DNA of 64,000 bases from Nitrospirota bacterium (GCA_963732675.1 CAVTAJ010000007.1:67146-131145), one strand, 5' to 3'. Counted from the first letter of the stretch, positions 1 to 9,062 are shown. Made by a program: numbers and translations. The notes: generated by a model not told the origin, from the letters alone.

Positions 1-187
1 GGCGAAACAGGCTTGTAGAGAAAATTAACGCCTTCTTCCATGCCCCCCTTTTTTGAATCATATCGGCAGTATATCCGCTGATAAAAAGCACTTTGATGTT
101 GGATCGCATTTGCTTAATCGCGTCAAAGCCTCTTTACCGCTCTTTTTCGGCATGATGACGTCCAGGACCAGCGAGTAAATTTTGTCT
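1..187 (-). pseudogene. Response-regulator receiver (REC) domain remnant, 5'-truncated and frameshifted; continues past window start
   Basis: Minus-strand translation gives IYSLVLDVIMPKKSGKEA / FDAIKQMRSNIKVLFISGYTADMIQK / MEEGVNFLYKPVS in three different frames (REC beta3 to alpha5, including the phospho-acceptor Asp). An in-frame TAA lies a few codons upstream and the purL stop is at 188-190, leaving no room for the first ~50 aa of a REC domain. Confidence 0.55.
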
Positions 188-3100
188 TTATTTTCGATCT
201 TTTATTTTCTCGCACCATGCCCGGGCGTTCTGGAACATCTTGATCCACGGAGAGGCATTAAGGGAGTTCTTGAGTTCTTCCGGCATCCATCCCCACTGCC
301 AGATGAGCACGGCGCGTTCAGGGTGGGGCATCATGGCAAGGTGGCGTCCGTCAGGGGAACAGAGCCCGGCAATGCCCGCGGGAGAGCCGTTGGGATTGAA
401 GGGATAGGCTTCGGTGATCTTTGATCCATCGTCCACATAGCGGATCGGCGCAAGGCCGTGTTCACATTCTTTGAACAGGTTCTCATCAGGGAAGTAGGCC
501 AGCCCTTCACCGTGGGCCACCCAGATGCCGAGCACGGAATTCTCCATGCCCTGCAGCATGATCGAAGGGCTCTTCAGGATCTTCACCGTCGAGAAGCGGG
601 ATTCGAAGCGGCCCGACTTGTTGTGAATGAAGCGTGGCTGGAGCTCGTCCGCTATCCCGCGCCAGGGCACCCAGCCAAGCAAGGCCATGAGCTGGCAGCC
701 GTTGCACACACCGAGGCTGAAGGTGTCGGGGCGGTGATAGAAGGTTTCGAGCTGGTCCCAGACTTTCTTATTAAAGCGGAGCGAAGCTGCCCAGCCCTTG
801 GCCGAGTCGAGCACATCCGCATAGCTGAATCCGCCGACAAACACCACACCGCGGAACTGGTCGAGCATGATGCGGCCATCGAGCAGATCGGTGACGGTCA
901 CGTCCCAGGGCTCGAAGCCCGCGAGGAAGAAGGCCGATACCATCTCGCGGTCCCCGTTACTCCCCTCTTCGCGGATGATCGCGACTTTGGGTTTCACGAG
1001 CTTACAGAAGTCTTTCTCTGATGTTTGCGTCGGCGTAAAGGGAATGACAAAGGATGGGCCTTTGCGGTCGAAGATGTTCCTGCGCTCTTCACGGATGTTC
1101 TCGGGATTGCGCTGCAACAGGTCGAGCTGGTAGCTTGTCTCTTCCCAGATGTCACGGAGCACAAGCATGTTTTCTGAAAGAACAGGCGTCTTATTCACGG
1201 CGATGTTGATCGTCTTATCAGGGGTGGTTGTGCCGATCACCTGGAATGGCAACGCGGCCTTATAGAGAACAGAGATTATTTCCGCTTCTTTCGACGGAAG
1301 ATATTCGATCACCAGTCCCAGTTCTTCGGAGAACAAAGAAGAAATCGCGTCCTCCTGCTTGTGTTTGCCTAAATCGACATCAATGCCGCAGTTTCCGGCA
1401 AAGGCCATCTCGAGCAGCGTGGTGATGAGTCCTCCGTCAGAGCGGTCATGGCCGGCGAGGATCAGTTCGTCAGAAACCAGTATCTGCACGGCATTAAACG
1501 CTCTGGCCAGAAGCAGGGGATCATCGACGTCCGGCGATGTGTCGCCCACCTGACCGAAGACCTGGGCAAGCGCAGAACCGCCGAGCCGGTTATTTCCCAT
1601 GCCGAGGTCGATGAACAGGAGGTTGCTTTTTCCCGGCGCCTTGAGGTCCGGGGTCACGGTCTTGGTGATGTCCGGGCAGGTGACGTAGGCCGAGATCACG
1701 AGCGCGCCGGGCGATTTCACGGTCTCGTGAGAACCGTCGGTGTTCGTTACTTTGGCGGCCATGGACAGGCTGTCCTTGCCGCCGTCCACGGCCATGCCGA
1801 GTTCGACCATCATGTCGCGCATGGCAACAGCGGCGTCATAGAGCCTCGCGCCTTCGCCGGGGAGCTTCGGCGCCCACATCCAGTTTGCGGAGCAGCGGAT
1901 ATCGCCGAGTCCGCTCACCCGGGCCCAGACGATGTTCGTGAGCGCTTCGCCCACGCTCATCCGGGCCATGGCTGCAGGGTCGATCAACTCCTTCACCGGT
2001 TGCTCGCCGATGGAGATCGCGGCGCCGGTCAGTCCGAAGTGGGACTGTGCCATCACGGCAACGTCGGACACCGTAAGCTGGAGCGGACCCGCGCACTGCT
2101 GCTGCGCGATCAAGCCGGTTACCGAGCGGTCAACTTTGTTCGTGAGAAAGCGCTTGGAACCGACGGAGATGAGACGGAGCACCCGGTCGAGCGCTGCGCG
2201 TATGGTCAGGTCTTTCGGAAGTTTGAGCGGTTTGAGCGTTGACTTCTTTCTGTCGAGCTTGAACACCTTCTGCGGCATGTCCCCGAGCACTTTGGAGAGT
2301 TCGAGGTTCTCCGGTGTCGAGTTGGCCATCTCGTCATAGAGCACGATGTGGCCGTCGCCGGTGATCGCGCCGATGATCGCCAGAGGCACTTTCTCGCGAT
2401 CACAGAGCGAGCGGAACAGTCCTTCGTGTTCGGGTTTCAAGAGGAGCGCGTTCTGCTCCTGATATTCGGCGCCCCAGATCTCAAGGACCGACAGCGTGCT
2501 GTCGCCCACCAGGACCTTGCGGATATCGATCTTCGCGCCTGCGGGGTGCACGATCTCTTTCACCACATTGCAGTTGCCGCCCGCGCCCTGGTCGTGGATG
2601 CTCTGGACCGGGTTCCTCTCCCCAAGCTCCACGCAGGCGCGGATCACGCGGTTCATCTTCTGCTCCATCTCCGCGTCGCCGCGCTGCACCGCGTTGAAGT
2701 CAAGCTCGGCGATGTTCTCGCCCTGGATCATGGACGAGGCCGCGCCGCCGCCCATGCCGATGCGGTAGGCCGGGCCGCCGACCTTGACCACGAGCATGCC
2801 CTTCCGCGCTTCTGTTTTGTCCGTGTGGCGGGAGTCCATCTGGCCCACGCCGGCGCTGAACATGATCGGCTTGATCCATTCCCTGCGCTCGCCGTCAGGC
2901 ATGCGGAGGCCGAAGGAGCGGGTGAAGCCCTGGATCACGGGCTCGCCGAACTTGTTGCCGTAGTCCGACGCGCCGTTGCTGGCCTCGACCTCGATCCGGA
3001 GCGGCGAAGCGAGATTATGCGGATATGAATATGCCGCGTCTTCCCAGGGAAGCTCGTAGCCCGGAATGCGGAGGTTGCCCACGCAGTAGGCCGCCGTGCC

Positions 3101-3886
3101 CGCGACCACGAGGCCGCCCGTGCCGGTTGCCTGCACGTCGCGGATGCGGCCGCCCGTGCCGGTCTCGGCCCCGGGGAAGGGCGCTACGCCGGAGGGGAAA
3201 TTGTGCGTCTCGGCGGTAAAAATGATATGGTACTTGCGCTTCGCCTCGCGGAACGGAGACGGTTTCCCGACGATCTCGGGGATGATGGTGGTGATGTCGT
3301 ATCCCGTAATGGCGCTCGAGTTGTCGCTGAAGGCAATGACGCTGTTGTTCGGGTTCGCGTCGTAGGTGGCCTTGACGATCTTCATCAGGTTCCCGGGAAT
3401 TTCCTTCCCGTCCACGATGAGCTTGCCGCGGAAGAACCAGTGGCGCGAGTGTTCGCTGTTCGATTGTGACAGGTCAAAGCACTCCACGTTCGTGGGGTTG
3501 CGCTTGATGTCCTTTACAAAGAGATTGGTGTAGTAGTCCAGGTCCCAGTCGTCGAGCCCCAGCCCCATTTCGCGGTTGATCTTTTCGAGAGCCGCCCTTC
3601 CCTGCTTCATGAGCGGAATGACGCGCACCGGTTCCGGTTTGATCCCGGACTCGAAGGTTTTGAGCGGTGCGGGATACGGGCATTCGGTCATGCGGTCGTG
3701 GACAAGTGAGAGAAAAGCGGTTTCCTGATCCTTTGTTAGTGCGATATCTTTGGCAAGGTCGAGACGGTACCGCCGGGAGCGCTCGATCCTCGTGATCTTT
3801 CCGAGTCCGCAGGCGTGGCAGACCGAGACCGCGTTCGTTGACCAGGCCGTGGTGAAGTTCATGCGGGGACCGACCTCTAAGATCAA
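188..3886 (-). CDS. purL: Phosphoribosylformylglycinamidine (FGAM) synthase, large single-chain type: linker, FGAM synthetase and C-terminal glutaminase domains
   Basis: 1232-aa uninterrupted ORF. LEVGPRMNFTTAWSTNAVSVCHACGL aligns to the E. coli PurL [25 protein letters not shown] region. It has AIR-synthase-like repeats and a C-terminal GATase with GVCNGCQ and HGEG motifs. It starts at a TTG that overlaps the stop of the upstream N-domain ORF. Confidence 0.95.
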   Translation of the reverse strand: MILEVGPRMNFTTAWSTNAVSVCHACGLGKITRIERSRRYRLDLAKDIALTKDQETAFLSLVHDRMTECPYPAPLKTFESGIKPEPVRVIPLMKQGRAALEKINREMGLGLDDWDLDYYTNLFVKDIKRNPTNVECFDLSQSNSEHSRHWFFRGKLIVDGKEIPGNLMKIVKATYDANPNNSVIAFSDNSSAITGYDITTIIPEIVGKPSPFREAKRKYHIIFTAETHNFPSGVAPFPGAETGTGGRIRDVQATGTGGLVVAGTAAYCVGNLRIPGYELPWEDAAYSYPHNLASPLRIEVEASNGASDYGNKFGEPVIQGFTRSFGLRMPDGERREWIKPIMFSAGVGQMDSRHTDKTEARKGMLVVKVGGPAYRIGMGGGAASSMIQGENIAELDFNAVQRGDAEMEQKMNRVIRACVELGERNPVQSIHDQGAGGNCNVVKEIVHPAGAKIDIRKVLVGDSTLSVLEIWGAEYQEQNALLLKPEHEGLFRSLCDREKVPLAIIGAITGDGHIVLYDEMANSTPENLELSKVLGDMPQKVFKLDRKKSTLKPLKLPKDLTIRAALDRVLRLISVGSKRFLTNKVDRSVTGLIAQQQCAGPLQLTVSDVAVMAQSHFGLTGAAISIGEQPVKELIDPAAMARMSVGEALTNIVWARVSGLGDIRCSANWMWAPKLPGEGARLYDAAVAMRDMMVELGMAVDGGKDSLSMAAKVTNTDGSHETVKSPGALVISAYVTCPDITKTVTPDLKAPGKSNLLFIDLGMGNNRLGGSALAQVFGQVGDTSPDVDDPLLLARAFNAVQILVSDELILAGHDRSDGGLITTLLEMAFAGNCGIDVDLGKHKQEDAISSLFSEELGLVIEYLPSKEAEIISVLYKAALPFQVIGTTTPDKTINIAVNKTPVLSENMLVLRDIWEETSYQLDLLQRNPENIREERRNIFDRKGPSFVIPFTPTQTSEKDFCKLVKPKVAIIREEGSNGDREMVSAFFLAGFEPWDVTVTDLLDGRIMLDQFRGVVFVGGFSYADVLDSAKGWAASLRFNKKVWDQLETFYHRPDTFSLGVCNGCQLMALLGWVPWRGIADELQPRFIHNKSGRFESRFSTVKILKSPSIMLQGMENSVLGIWVAHGEGLAYFPDENLFKECEHGLAPIRYVDDGSKITEAYPFNPNGSPAGIAGLCSPDGRHLAMMPHPERAVLIWQWGWMPEELKNSLNASPWIKMFQNARAWCEKIKDRK

Positions 3887-4146
3887 GTGCGGAGTGTGGA
3901 GTGCGGAGTGTGGAGTGTAAGAAAGCTAGTGTCTGAGAACTGTTTCGGCTCGAAGGTCTCGGCCAGGAGCCAGCGAAGCAGGCGCATCTCGTCCTTGGTT
4001 AGTTGGCTTTCCGCGGCAATGTTAAAGCAGAATTCAGTTTCGATCCCGGTGATGGCGGGAGATACAATCTGCCTAGCTGTCGAGAGCAGGTCGGCGGTTT
4101 GATAGGCGGATAGCGAGGGGGTGCGATAGAGATGAAGGAGCGTCAT
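3883..4146 (-). CDS. purL: PurL N-terminal (PurS-like) domain, encoded as a separate 87-aa ORF overlapping purL by 4 nt
   Basis: MTLLHLYRTPSLSAYQTADLLSTARQ...EFCFNI...LTKDEMRLLRWLL resembles the N-domain of large PurL (E. coli [20 protein letters not shown]...). It ends in the heptamer array, and its frame is offset by 1 nt from the main purL ORF. Confidence 0.8.
   Translation of the reverse strand: MTLLHLYRTPSLSAYQTADLLSTARQIVSPAITGIETEFCFNIAAESQLTKDEMRLLRWLLAETFEPKQFSDTSFLTLHTPHSTLRT
3890..3917. repeat. Tandem heptamer array (C/T)GGAGTG x4 (plus-strand reading) inside the purL N-domain/linker junction
   Basis: cggagtg tggagtg cggagtg tggagtg read directly, with partial units on both sides (3887-3921). 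On the coding strand it is translated as LHTPHSTLRT immediately before the stop. Confidence 0.9.
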
Positions 4147-4425
4147 ATAATTATGGGGTCCAATGTGCCATCATAATACAGATCATGTAACGAAGAGTTG
4201 AGCCATTTCAATTGCTCGAACGTTTTGATTAGACCAGTACGAGCTTTTTGGGGTCTCTATTGTCTCCCGTTCCTCCCGCCTTGCAATGGCCTGTTTACAA
4301 AACCGAAGTGCACAACACGATGGTCAGCGACGGCACGCTGTGCATATTCGTATTTGAGCTGGCAAGATTTCGAAAAGTCAGTGTCAATATTTGAAGACTC
4401 ACCGCATATCTTTATAAATTACTTC

Positions 4426-4821
4426 TTATCTCTCCTTCAGCGACACGACCTTCTGCTCGGCGGACTTCTTCTCACCTGCCATCTCGCACTTGCCGTCGAA
4501 GGTGACACCCTCTTCGATGATAAGCTTGGGCGTCTTTATATTTCCCTGGATGTTGGCCGGGGCGAGCAAGTGCACCTGCTGGCTTGCATTGATGTTGCCG
4601 ACGACCTTGCCGCTCGATATGATCGTTCCCACGGAGATCTCGCCCTGGAGAAATGCGCCGTCGCCTGCGATGAGCGTGTCCTTGGAGATGACCTCTCCGT
4701 CAATTTTGCCATCAACGCGGATGGTGCCCTCGAAGCTGAGCACTCCTTTAAACTCCGTGCCCTTGCCCAGGAAGGCAGAGATCTCGGACTGTTCTGTTGT
4801 GCCTGAACCCTTTTTCAACAT
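4426..4821 (-). CDS. Bactofilin (polymer-forming cytoskeletal protein, DUF583 family)
   Basis: 131 aa. It has the beta-helical repeat pattern FKGVLSFEGTIRVDGKIDGEVISKDTLIAGDGAFLQGEISVGTIISSGKVVGNINA typical of bactofilins, and lies 130 nt downstream of parB on the same strand. Confidence 0.85.
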   Translation of the reverse strand: MLKKGSGTTEQSEISAFLGKGTEFKGVLSFEGTIRVDGKIDGEVISKDTLIAGDGAFLQGEISVGTIISSGKVVGNINASQQVHLLAPANIQGNIKTPKLIIEEGVTFDGKCEMAGEKKSAEQKVVSLKER

Positions 4822-4950
4822 GAATGGACCCTCCCTAAATATTCGTTATCTACTTTACCACGAAGCCGCCAAGACACGAATTATTTTTTAGTTACACATC
4901 TTTTCTTTGTAGCGCCCAGTCTTTTTGGTGAGTGGGCGGGTAATTGCTTT

Positions 4951-5796
4951 TTACCCGATCTTTTCCAGCAGCCTGTCAAGCTCTTCGGCGGAATAGTACT
5001 CGATCACGATCCTGCCGCCTTTGGCCTTCGTTATGATGCTCACCTTGGTGCCGAGCGACTTCTTGAGCTTCTCTTCCACGGTTTTTAGCTCGTGGCTTTG
5101 CCGCGACTTTTTTTCCTTTGCCGGGTTCTTGAGCCGGTTGGCGAGCGCTTCGGCCTCGCGCACCGACAGCCCCTTCCTCACGATCGCTGACGCGGCCTGG
5201 ATCTGGTCGCGCACGCGTTCGAGCGACAGAAGCGCTTTGGCGTGGCCCATGCTGAGAGCGCCGGTAGCGAGGCTCTGCTTCAATTCCTTGGGAAGGCCGA
5301 GGATCCGGAGGAAGTTCGTGACCGTTGACCGTTCTTTTCCCACGCGCTTCGCGAGGTCTTCCTGCGTAAGCTTGAACTCGTCCTGGAGCCGCTTGTACGC
5401 CTCGGCAGCTTCGAGCGGGTTCAAGTCCTCTCGCTGGATGTTCTCAATAAGGGCCTGCTCGATGAGCTCGCGCTTGGTCGCCTCTTTGACGAGCGCCGGG
5501 ATGGTCTTGAGCCCCGCAAGACGCGCGGCGCGCCACCGGCGTTCACCGGCAATGAGGCCATAGTTCGTCCCGATCCGGTGGACGATGACGGGTTGGATCA
5601 CCCCGTGCTCTTTTATCGAGGCGGCAAGCTCTTTCAGGCTCTCGTTTTGAAACGTTTTTCTCGGTTGGTACTCGTTCGGCACGATCTTGTCCAGCTCGAT
5701 CTCGTGGATGCCGAGGGCCTTTCGCGCTTTGTCGTCGAGCGCGGACAGGTCGGGAATGAGCGCGCCGAGTCCTTTACCGAGCGCCTGCTTTTGCAT
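4951..5796 (-). CDS. parB: Chromosome partitioning protein ParB (Spo0J)
   Basis: The likely start is [15 protein letters not shown]. It has the ParB box GERRWRAA, an HTH region and a C-terminal dimerisation region. It overlaps the parA 3' end by 23 nt. Confidence 0.95.
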   Translation of the reverse strand: MQKQALGKGLGALIPDLSALDDKARKALGIHEIELDKIVPNEYQPRKTFQNESLKELAASIKEHGVIQPVIVHRIGTNYGLIAGERRWRAARLAGLKTIPALVKEATKRELIEQALIENIQREDLNPLEAAEAYKRLQDEFKLTQEDLAKRVGKERSTVTNFLRILGLPKELKQSLATGALSMGHAKALLSLERVRDQIQAASAIVRKGLSVREAEALANRLKNPAKEKKSRQSHELKTVEEKLKKSLGTKVSIITKAKGGRIVIEYYSAEELDRLLEKIG

Positions 5797-6550
5797 TGGT
5801 GATGACCTCCTTTGCGAGCTCCAGGTAGCTTTGCGCTCCCCGGGACCGGATATCGTACAGGAGCACCGGCTTGCCATGGCTCGGCGCCTCGGAAAGGGCT
5901 ACATTCCGGTGGATGACGGTGGTGTAGACCTTGTTGCCGAAATACTTGCGCACTTCCTGCGCCACCTGAGAGGCAAGGTTGTTCCTGCTGTCGAACATGG
6001 TCAGGAGCACGCCTTCGATGGCAAGGTCGGGGTTCAGGTCCTGTTTGATGAGCGTGATGGTGTTCATGAGCGCTGTCAGTCCCTCGAGGGCATAGTATTC
6101 GCACTGTACCGGGATCAGCACCCCGTCTGCCGCGGTCAGCGCGTTGACGGTGAGCAGGCCGAGTGACGGCGGGCAGTCAATGAGGATATAGTCGTAATCG
6201 TTCCGGAAGCCTGCGATCGCCTTCTTGAGCACCCGCTCGCGGGCGATCATCTGGATGAGCTCTATCTCGACGCCCACCAGGTCGATCTTAGCGGGGACCA
6301 CATCGAGCCAGGGGAAGTGCGTTGATTTTTTTATCTCCTGGAGCGTTTTTTTGCCGGTGAACAGGTCATAGGTGCTGCCGATGATCTCGCTCCGGTCGAT
6401 TCCCATGCCGCTCGAGGAGTTGCCCTGGGGGTCCGAGTCGATGAGCAGCACCTTTTTTTCTGCAGCAGCAAGCGATGCCGCGACATTCACGGTGGTCGTG
6501 GTCTTGCCCACGCCGCCCTTCTGGTTGGCAACTGCTATGACCCTGCCCAT
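5774..6550 (-). CDS. parA: Chromosome partitioning ATPase ParA (Soj)
   Basis: 258 aa with the deviant Walker [18 protein letters not shown] and [12 protein letters not shown] motifs. Confidence 0.95.
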   Translation of the reverse strand: MGRVIAVANQKGGVGKTTTTVNVAASLAAAEKKVLLIDSDPQGNSSSGMGIDRSEIIGSTYDLFTGKKTLQEIKKSTHFPWLDVVPAKIDLVGVEIELIQMIARERVLKKAIAGFRNDYDYILIDCPPSLGLLTVNALTAADGVLIPVQCEYYALEGLTALMNTITLIKQDLNPDLAIEGVLLTMFDSRNNLASQVAQEVRKYFGNKVYTTVIHRNVALSEAPSHGKPVLLYDIRSRGAQSYLELAKEVITNAKAGAR

Positions 6551-6788
6551 GCTTCCAACGCCCCCCGATACTGCTGGTTCACAACCTGGCTAATTTACCA
6601 TAGGATGATGATAAAAGGAAGAAAAAAACTCTGTTTTTCCTCGGTGGAAACTGGGAAACACAAGGAAAATGGACCAAATCAGACATACGGGATGGTGTTG
6701 CCAAAAGATTGCCGGTAGTTTCGCGGATTATCCGAAAAAGAGATAGGTTCATGGGTAAATAATGTTCAAAGGTGTATGCGGCGCTTGT

Positions 6789-6897
6789 AATTTTAAATGT
6801 CCAGGCTCAAGGTTCAAATGAATAATCAAGAATCAAGCACCAAGGTAACAATGATTTTAAAGTCAATTTTTTAAGCTTTACCTGACATTTAAATTTT
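6789..6897. repeat. AT-rich intergenic element: imperfect inverted repeat enclosing an AATCAAG heptamer array
   Basis: The arms are aattttaaatgtccagg (6789-6805) and cctgacatttaaatttt (6881-6897). Inside are aatcaag aatcaag caccaag (6824-6844). The right arm continues as taaattttgaaatttt, which recurs at 36985-37000. Confidence 0.7.
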
Positions 6898-7028
6898 GAA
6901 ATTTTGTCTTATCCAATATTTCCTCGATGAAAAGAACTTTTCAACTAAAACACGAAAAATCCAATAAATCTGCTATCATGGGCCCCTGGCTCCTTTCTGC
7001 GTCAGTGATGAAGAGATTATGCATGGAA

Positions 7029-7044
7029 TGTTCCACGTGGAACC
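7029..7044. promoter_or_regulatory. parS centromere-like site
   Basis: TGTTCCACGTGGAACC compared with canonical parS TGTTTCACGTGAAACA. The core GTTCCACGTGGAAC is a perfect 14-bp palindrome, and the two changes from consensus are symmetric. Confidence 0.8.
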
Positions 7045-7049
7045 TATCC

Positions 7050-8117
7050 CTACACCTGCCCCAGTTCTCCGCCGGCAGGGCTGACGCGGAGCGACCCGAG
7101 TGATATATGCCGTACCCCGGAAATGTCCCGCAGCGGGGTTATTACCCGGATGGACAGTTCCTTCAGATCGATGGTGCGCAGGATTCCGAGGCCATGGCAG
7201 AGGTTGCGGTCATCATTCAGCCCCACGAGCAGATGGTCCAGCTCTGACCGTTTAACGACCATGACCTCCCGGACCTTGTACTGCTCCTTTGCCGTGTAGA
7301 GCTCATCTTCCACATACTCCCCCTCAATGATCAGAAAGAGCCGGTCAGCAGACAACTCGGCATGGATCACGATCGCCTGAAAGATCTTCGAAAGCTGGTT
7401 GATGTCCCGGAATCCCAGACGCTCGCCGGTGCCCAGGCCCGAGCCGTGGATCCCGACGTCATGGAGCGCAATCTCCTGAAAATCGGCGCCGCGGAAATAC
7501 TCCTTAAAGCGCAGTTCCCGGGATGCACGCCGCGCTTCCGCGGTCGAAATCCGCGCGTCGGACGATATGGGGAGGCGATGTATGATCAATCCGGCCCGGT
7601 GCGCATGCGGGGCCAGCAGATGTTCGACCTCTGTCCCCTTTTGCAGGGCGATCACCGAGCGGGGGGAAAGCATGTCGATCTCATGGAATTTAAGCTCCCG
7701 TGCAGCGCCGCCATTCACGAGTCCGCAGGTATTTATAAGGACAAGATCGGGCTCGAGCGACTGTGCCAGCGCGTACAACTTCTGGAGACCCGATATCATC
7801 TCAAGCAGACGGCCGACGGGCGAAGTGTTGCCGATAAAGCTCATGATCATCGGGTTCGTGCGCTTCAGCAGATCTGTTGCATCGGTATAGGCCGTGAGCG
7901 ATATCACTGCCGGCGGGCCGATAAAGGGCTGACCGGGGTCCGCATCGATAAAAACGACCTTTTTACCCGATCTGCAGAAGAGGCCGGCAAGATAGAGGCA
8001 GAATGTGGTTTTGCCCGACCCCGGCGCGCCGATGACAAGCGCCGGCCCGCCGTGGGAAGCGATCTCTTCAGCGCTCTCACGCCATTCCTGCGGTATTTTT
8101 AGTGAGGATTCTAACAT
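7050..8117 (-). CDS. Clp1/Grc3-family P-loop polynucleotide 5'-hydroxyl kinase-like protein
   Basis: 355 aa. VIGAPGSGKTTF (P-loop), FIDADPGQ, LINTCGLVNGG and LPISSDARISTAEARRASRELRFKEYFRG align block-for-block with eukaryotic/archaeal Clp1 (VVGPTDVGKST, LDVGQ, INTCGWVKG, LPKSGGVVERS..RIREYFYG). Confidence 0.8.
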   Translation of the reverse strand: MLESSLKIPQEWRESAEEIASHGGPALVIGAPGSGKTTFCLYLAGLFCRSGKKVVFIDADPGQPFIGPPAVISLTAYTDATDLLKRTNPMIMSFIGNTSPVGRLLEMISGLQKLYALAQSLEPDLVLINTCGLVNGGAARELKFHEIDMLSPRSVIALQKGTEVEHLLAPHAHRAGLIIHRLPISSDARISTAEARRASRELRFKEYFRGADFQEIALHDVGIHGSGLGTGERLGFRDINQLSKIFQAIVIHAELSADRLFLIIEGEYVEDELYTAKEQYKVREVMVVKRSELDHLLVGLNDDRNLCHGLGILRTIDLKELSIRVITPLRDISGVRHISLGSLRVSPAGGELGQV

Positions 8118-8327
8118 AAAGAGTCTTTCTTTAAGCAGCTAATTAACGCTTATTTTTCAATAATATAGATAGTCGTCACTGATGAACCTGAATAAGCAGT
8201 TGATCCATCCGCAGAGTATGCAGGTTTCATGCAGTAAAAGACTTAGCGAAATATCCTGTCTTAGCGGTTTTTATGCTTCCCATCGTTCAGGCCTTTTATC
8301 TTTCTCACTCAGCCTGTCGCGCGTTGA

Positions 8328-8343
8328 TGTTCCACGTGGAACA
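8328..8343. promoter_or_regulatory. parS centromere-like site (perfect 16-bp palindrome)
   Basis: TGTTCCACGTGGAACA, with the same core as the site at 7029-7044. It lies between the Clp1-like gene and rsmG. Confidence 0.85.
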
Positions 8344-8414
8344 ATCCCAACTTTGCCCGAGGTCCAAACTATTGTGCACTTCCTCTGCGACATCTTCGGT
8401 GAAACCCTTGTGGT

Positions 8415-9062
8415 TTAACCAGCCTTCTTAAACACCCATATCGTCCTTTTATAATCCGAATATGGGAGGGTCAGGTTGGTCCGGCTTTCCAGCGATACAC
8501 CAGCCCTAACAAGTTCCTTCTCATTGATCGTCTCTTCCGGCCCCCTGCTCAGAACCATGTGCCCGCTCGATTTGAGAAAAGGTGTGCCCGCTGTAATGGC
8601 TGATTTCATGTCAGCAAAAGCACGGGCAGTAACAATATCAAAGGCCGAGAGGAACGAACCTGGAAGCTCTTCCGTCCTGGTATCGAGGACTTCGGTTTCC
8701 GTGAGCTTCAGGGTCCTGATGACATGGCGCAGGAAGGAGGCTTTCTTCTTTGTTGATTCTACCATGGTGATCGACAGCCCGGGATGCGCGATCTTGATCG
8801 GCAGCGCTGGAAAGCCCGCGCCCGACCCCATGTCCAGCAGTCGTACTCCCGGCGCGGGGGTGAATCCGTGGATATAGGTAAGGGAATCCAGCACATGTTT
8901 GATAATAATATCCTCCTCATCCCTGATGGCAGTGAGGTTGATCTTCTGGTTCCACTTTTTGAGTTCCGTCAGAAAGATGAACACAGAATTGACCTGTTCG
9001 ATGGTCAGAGAAATTCCGAGCTCTTTTGCGCCGGTATGTAATAATTCCCTTGGAGTCATCAT
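8415..9062 (-). CDS. rsmG: 16S rRNA (guanine527-N7)-methyltransferase RsmG (GidB)
   Basis: 215 aa with KWNQKINLT, LDMGSGAGFPALPIKI and the family's typical length and synteny with parAB. Confidence 0.9.
   Translation of the reverse strand: MMTPRELLHTGAKELGISLTIEQVNSVFIFLTELKKWNQKINLTAIRDEEDIIIKHVLDSLTYIHGFTPAPGVRLLDMGSGAGFPALPIKIAHPGLSITMVESTKKKASFLRHVIRTLKLTETEVLDTRTEELPGSFLSAFDIVTARAFADMKSAITAGTPFLKSSGHMVLSRGPEETINEKELVRAGVSLESRTNLTLPYSDYKRTIWVFKKAG

Noticed and set aside
4147-4425. A purine, ZTP or other riboswitch in the 280-nt purL upstream region.
   Set aside because: No match by eye to the conserved cores (for example the CCGCCTGGGC pseudoknot of ZTP, or the purine three-way junction words). 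Only a possible TTGACA -35 hexamer was found. This needs an Rfam scan to exclude it formally.
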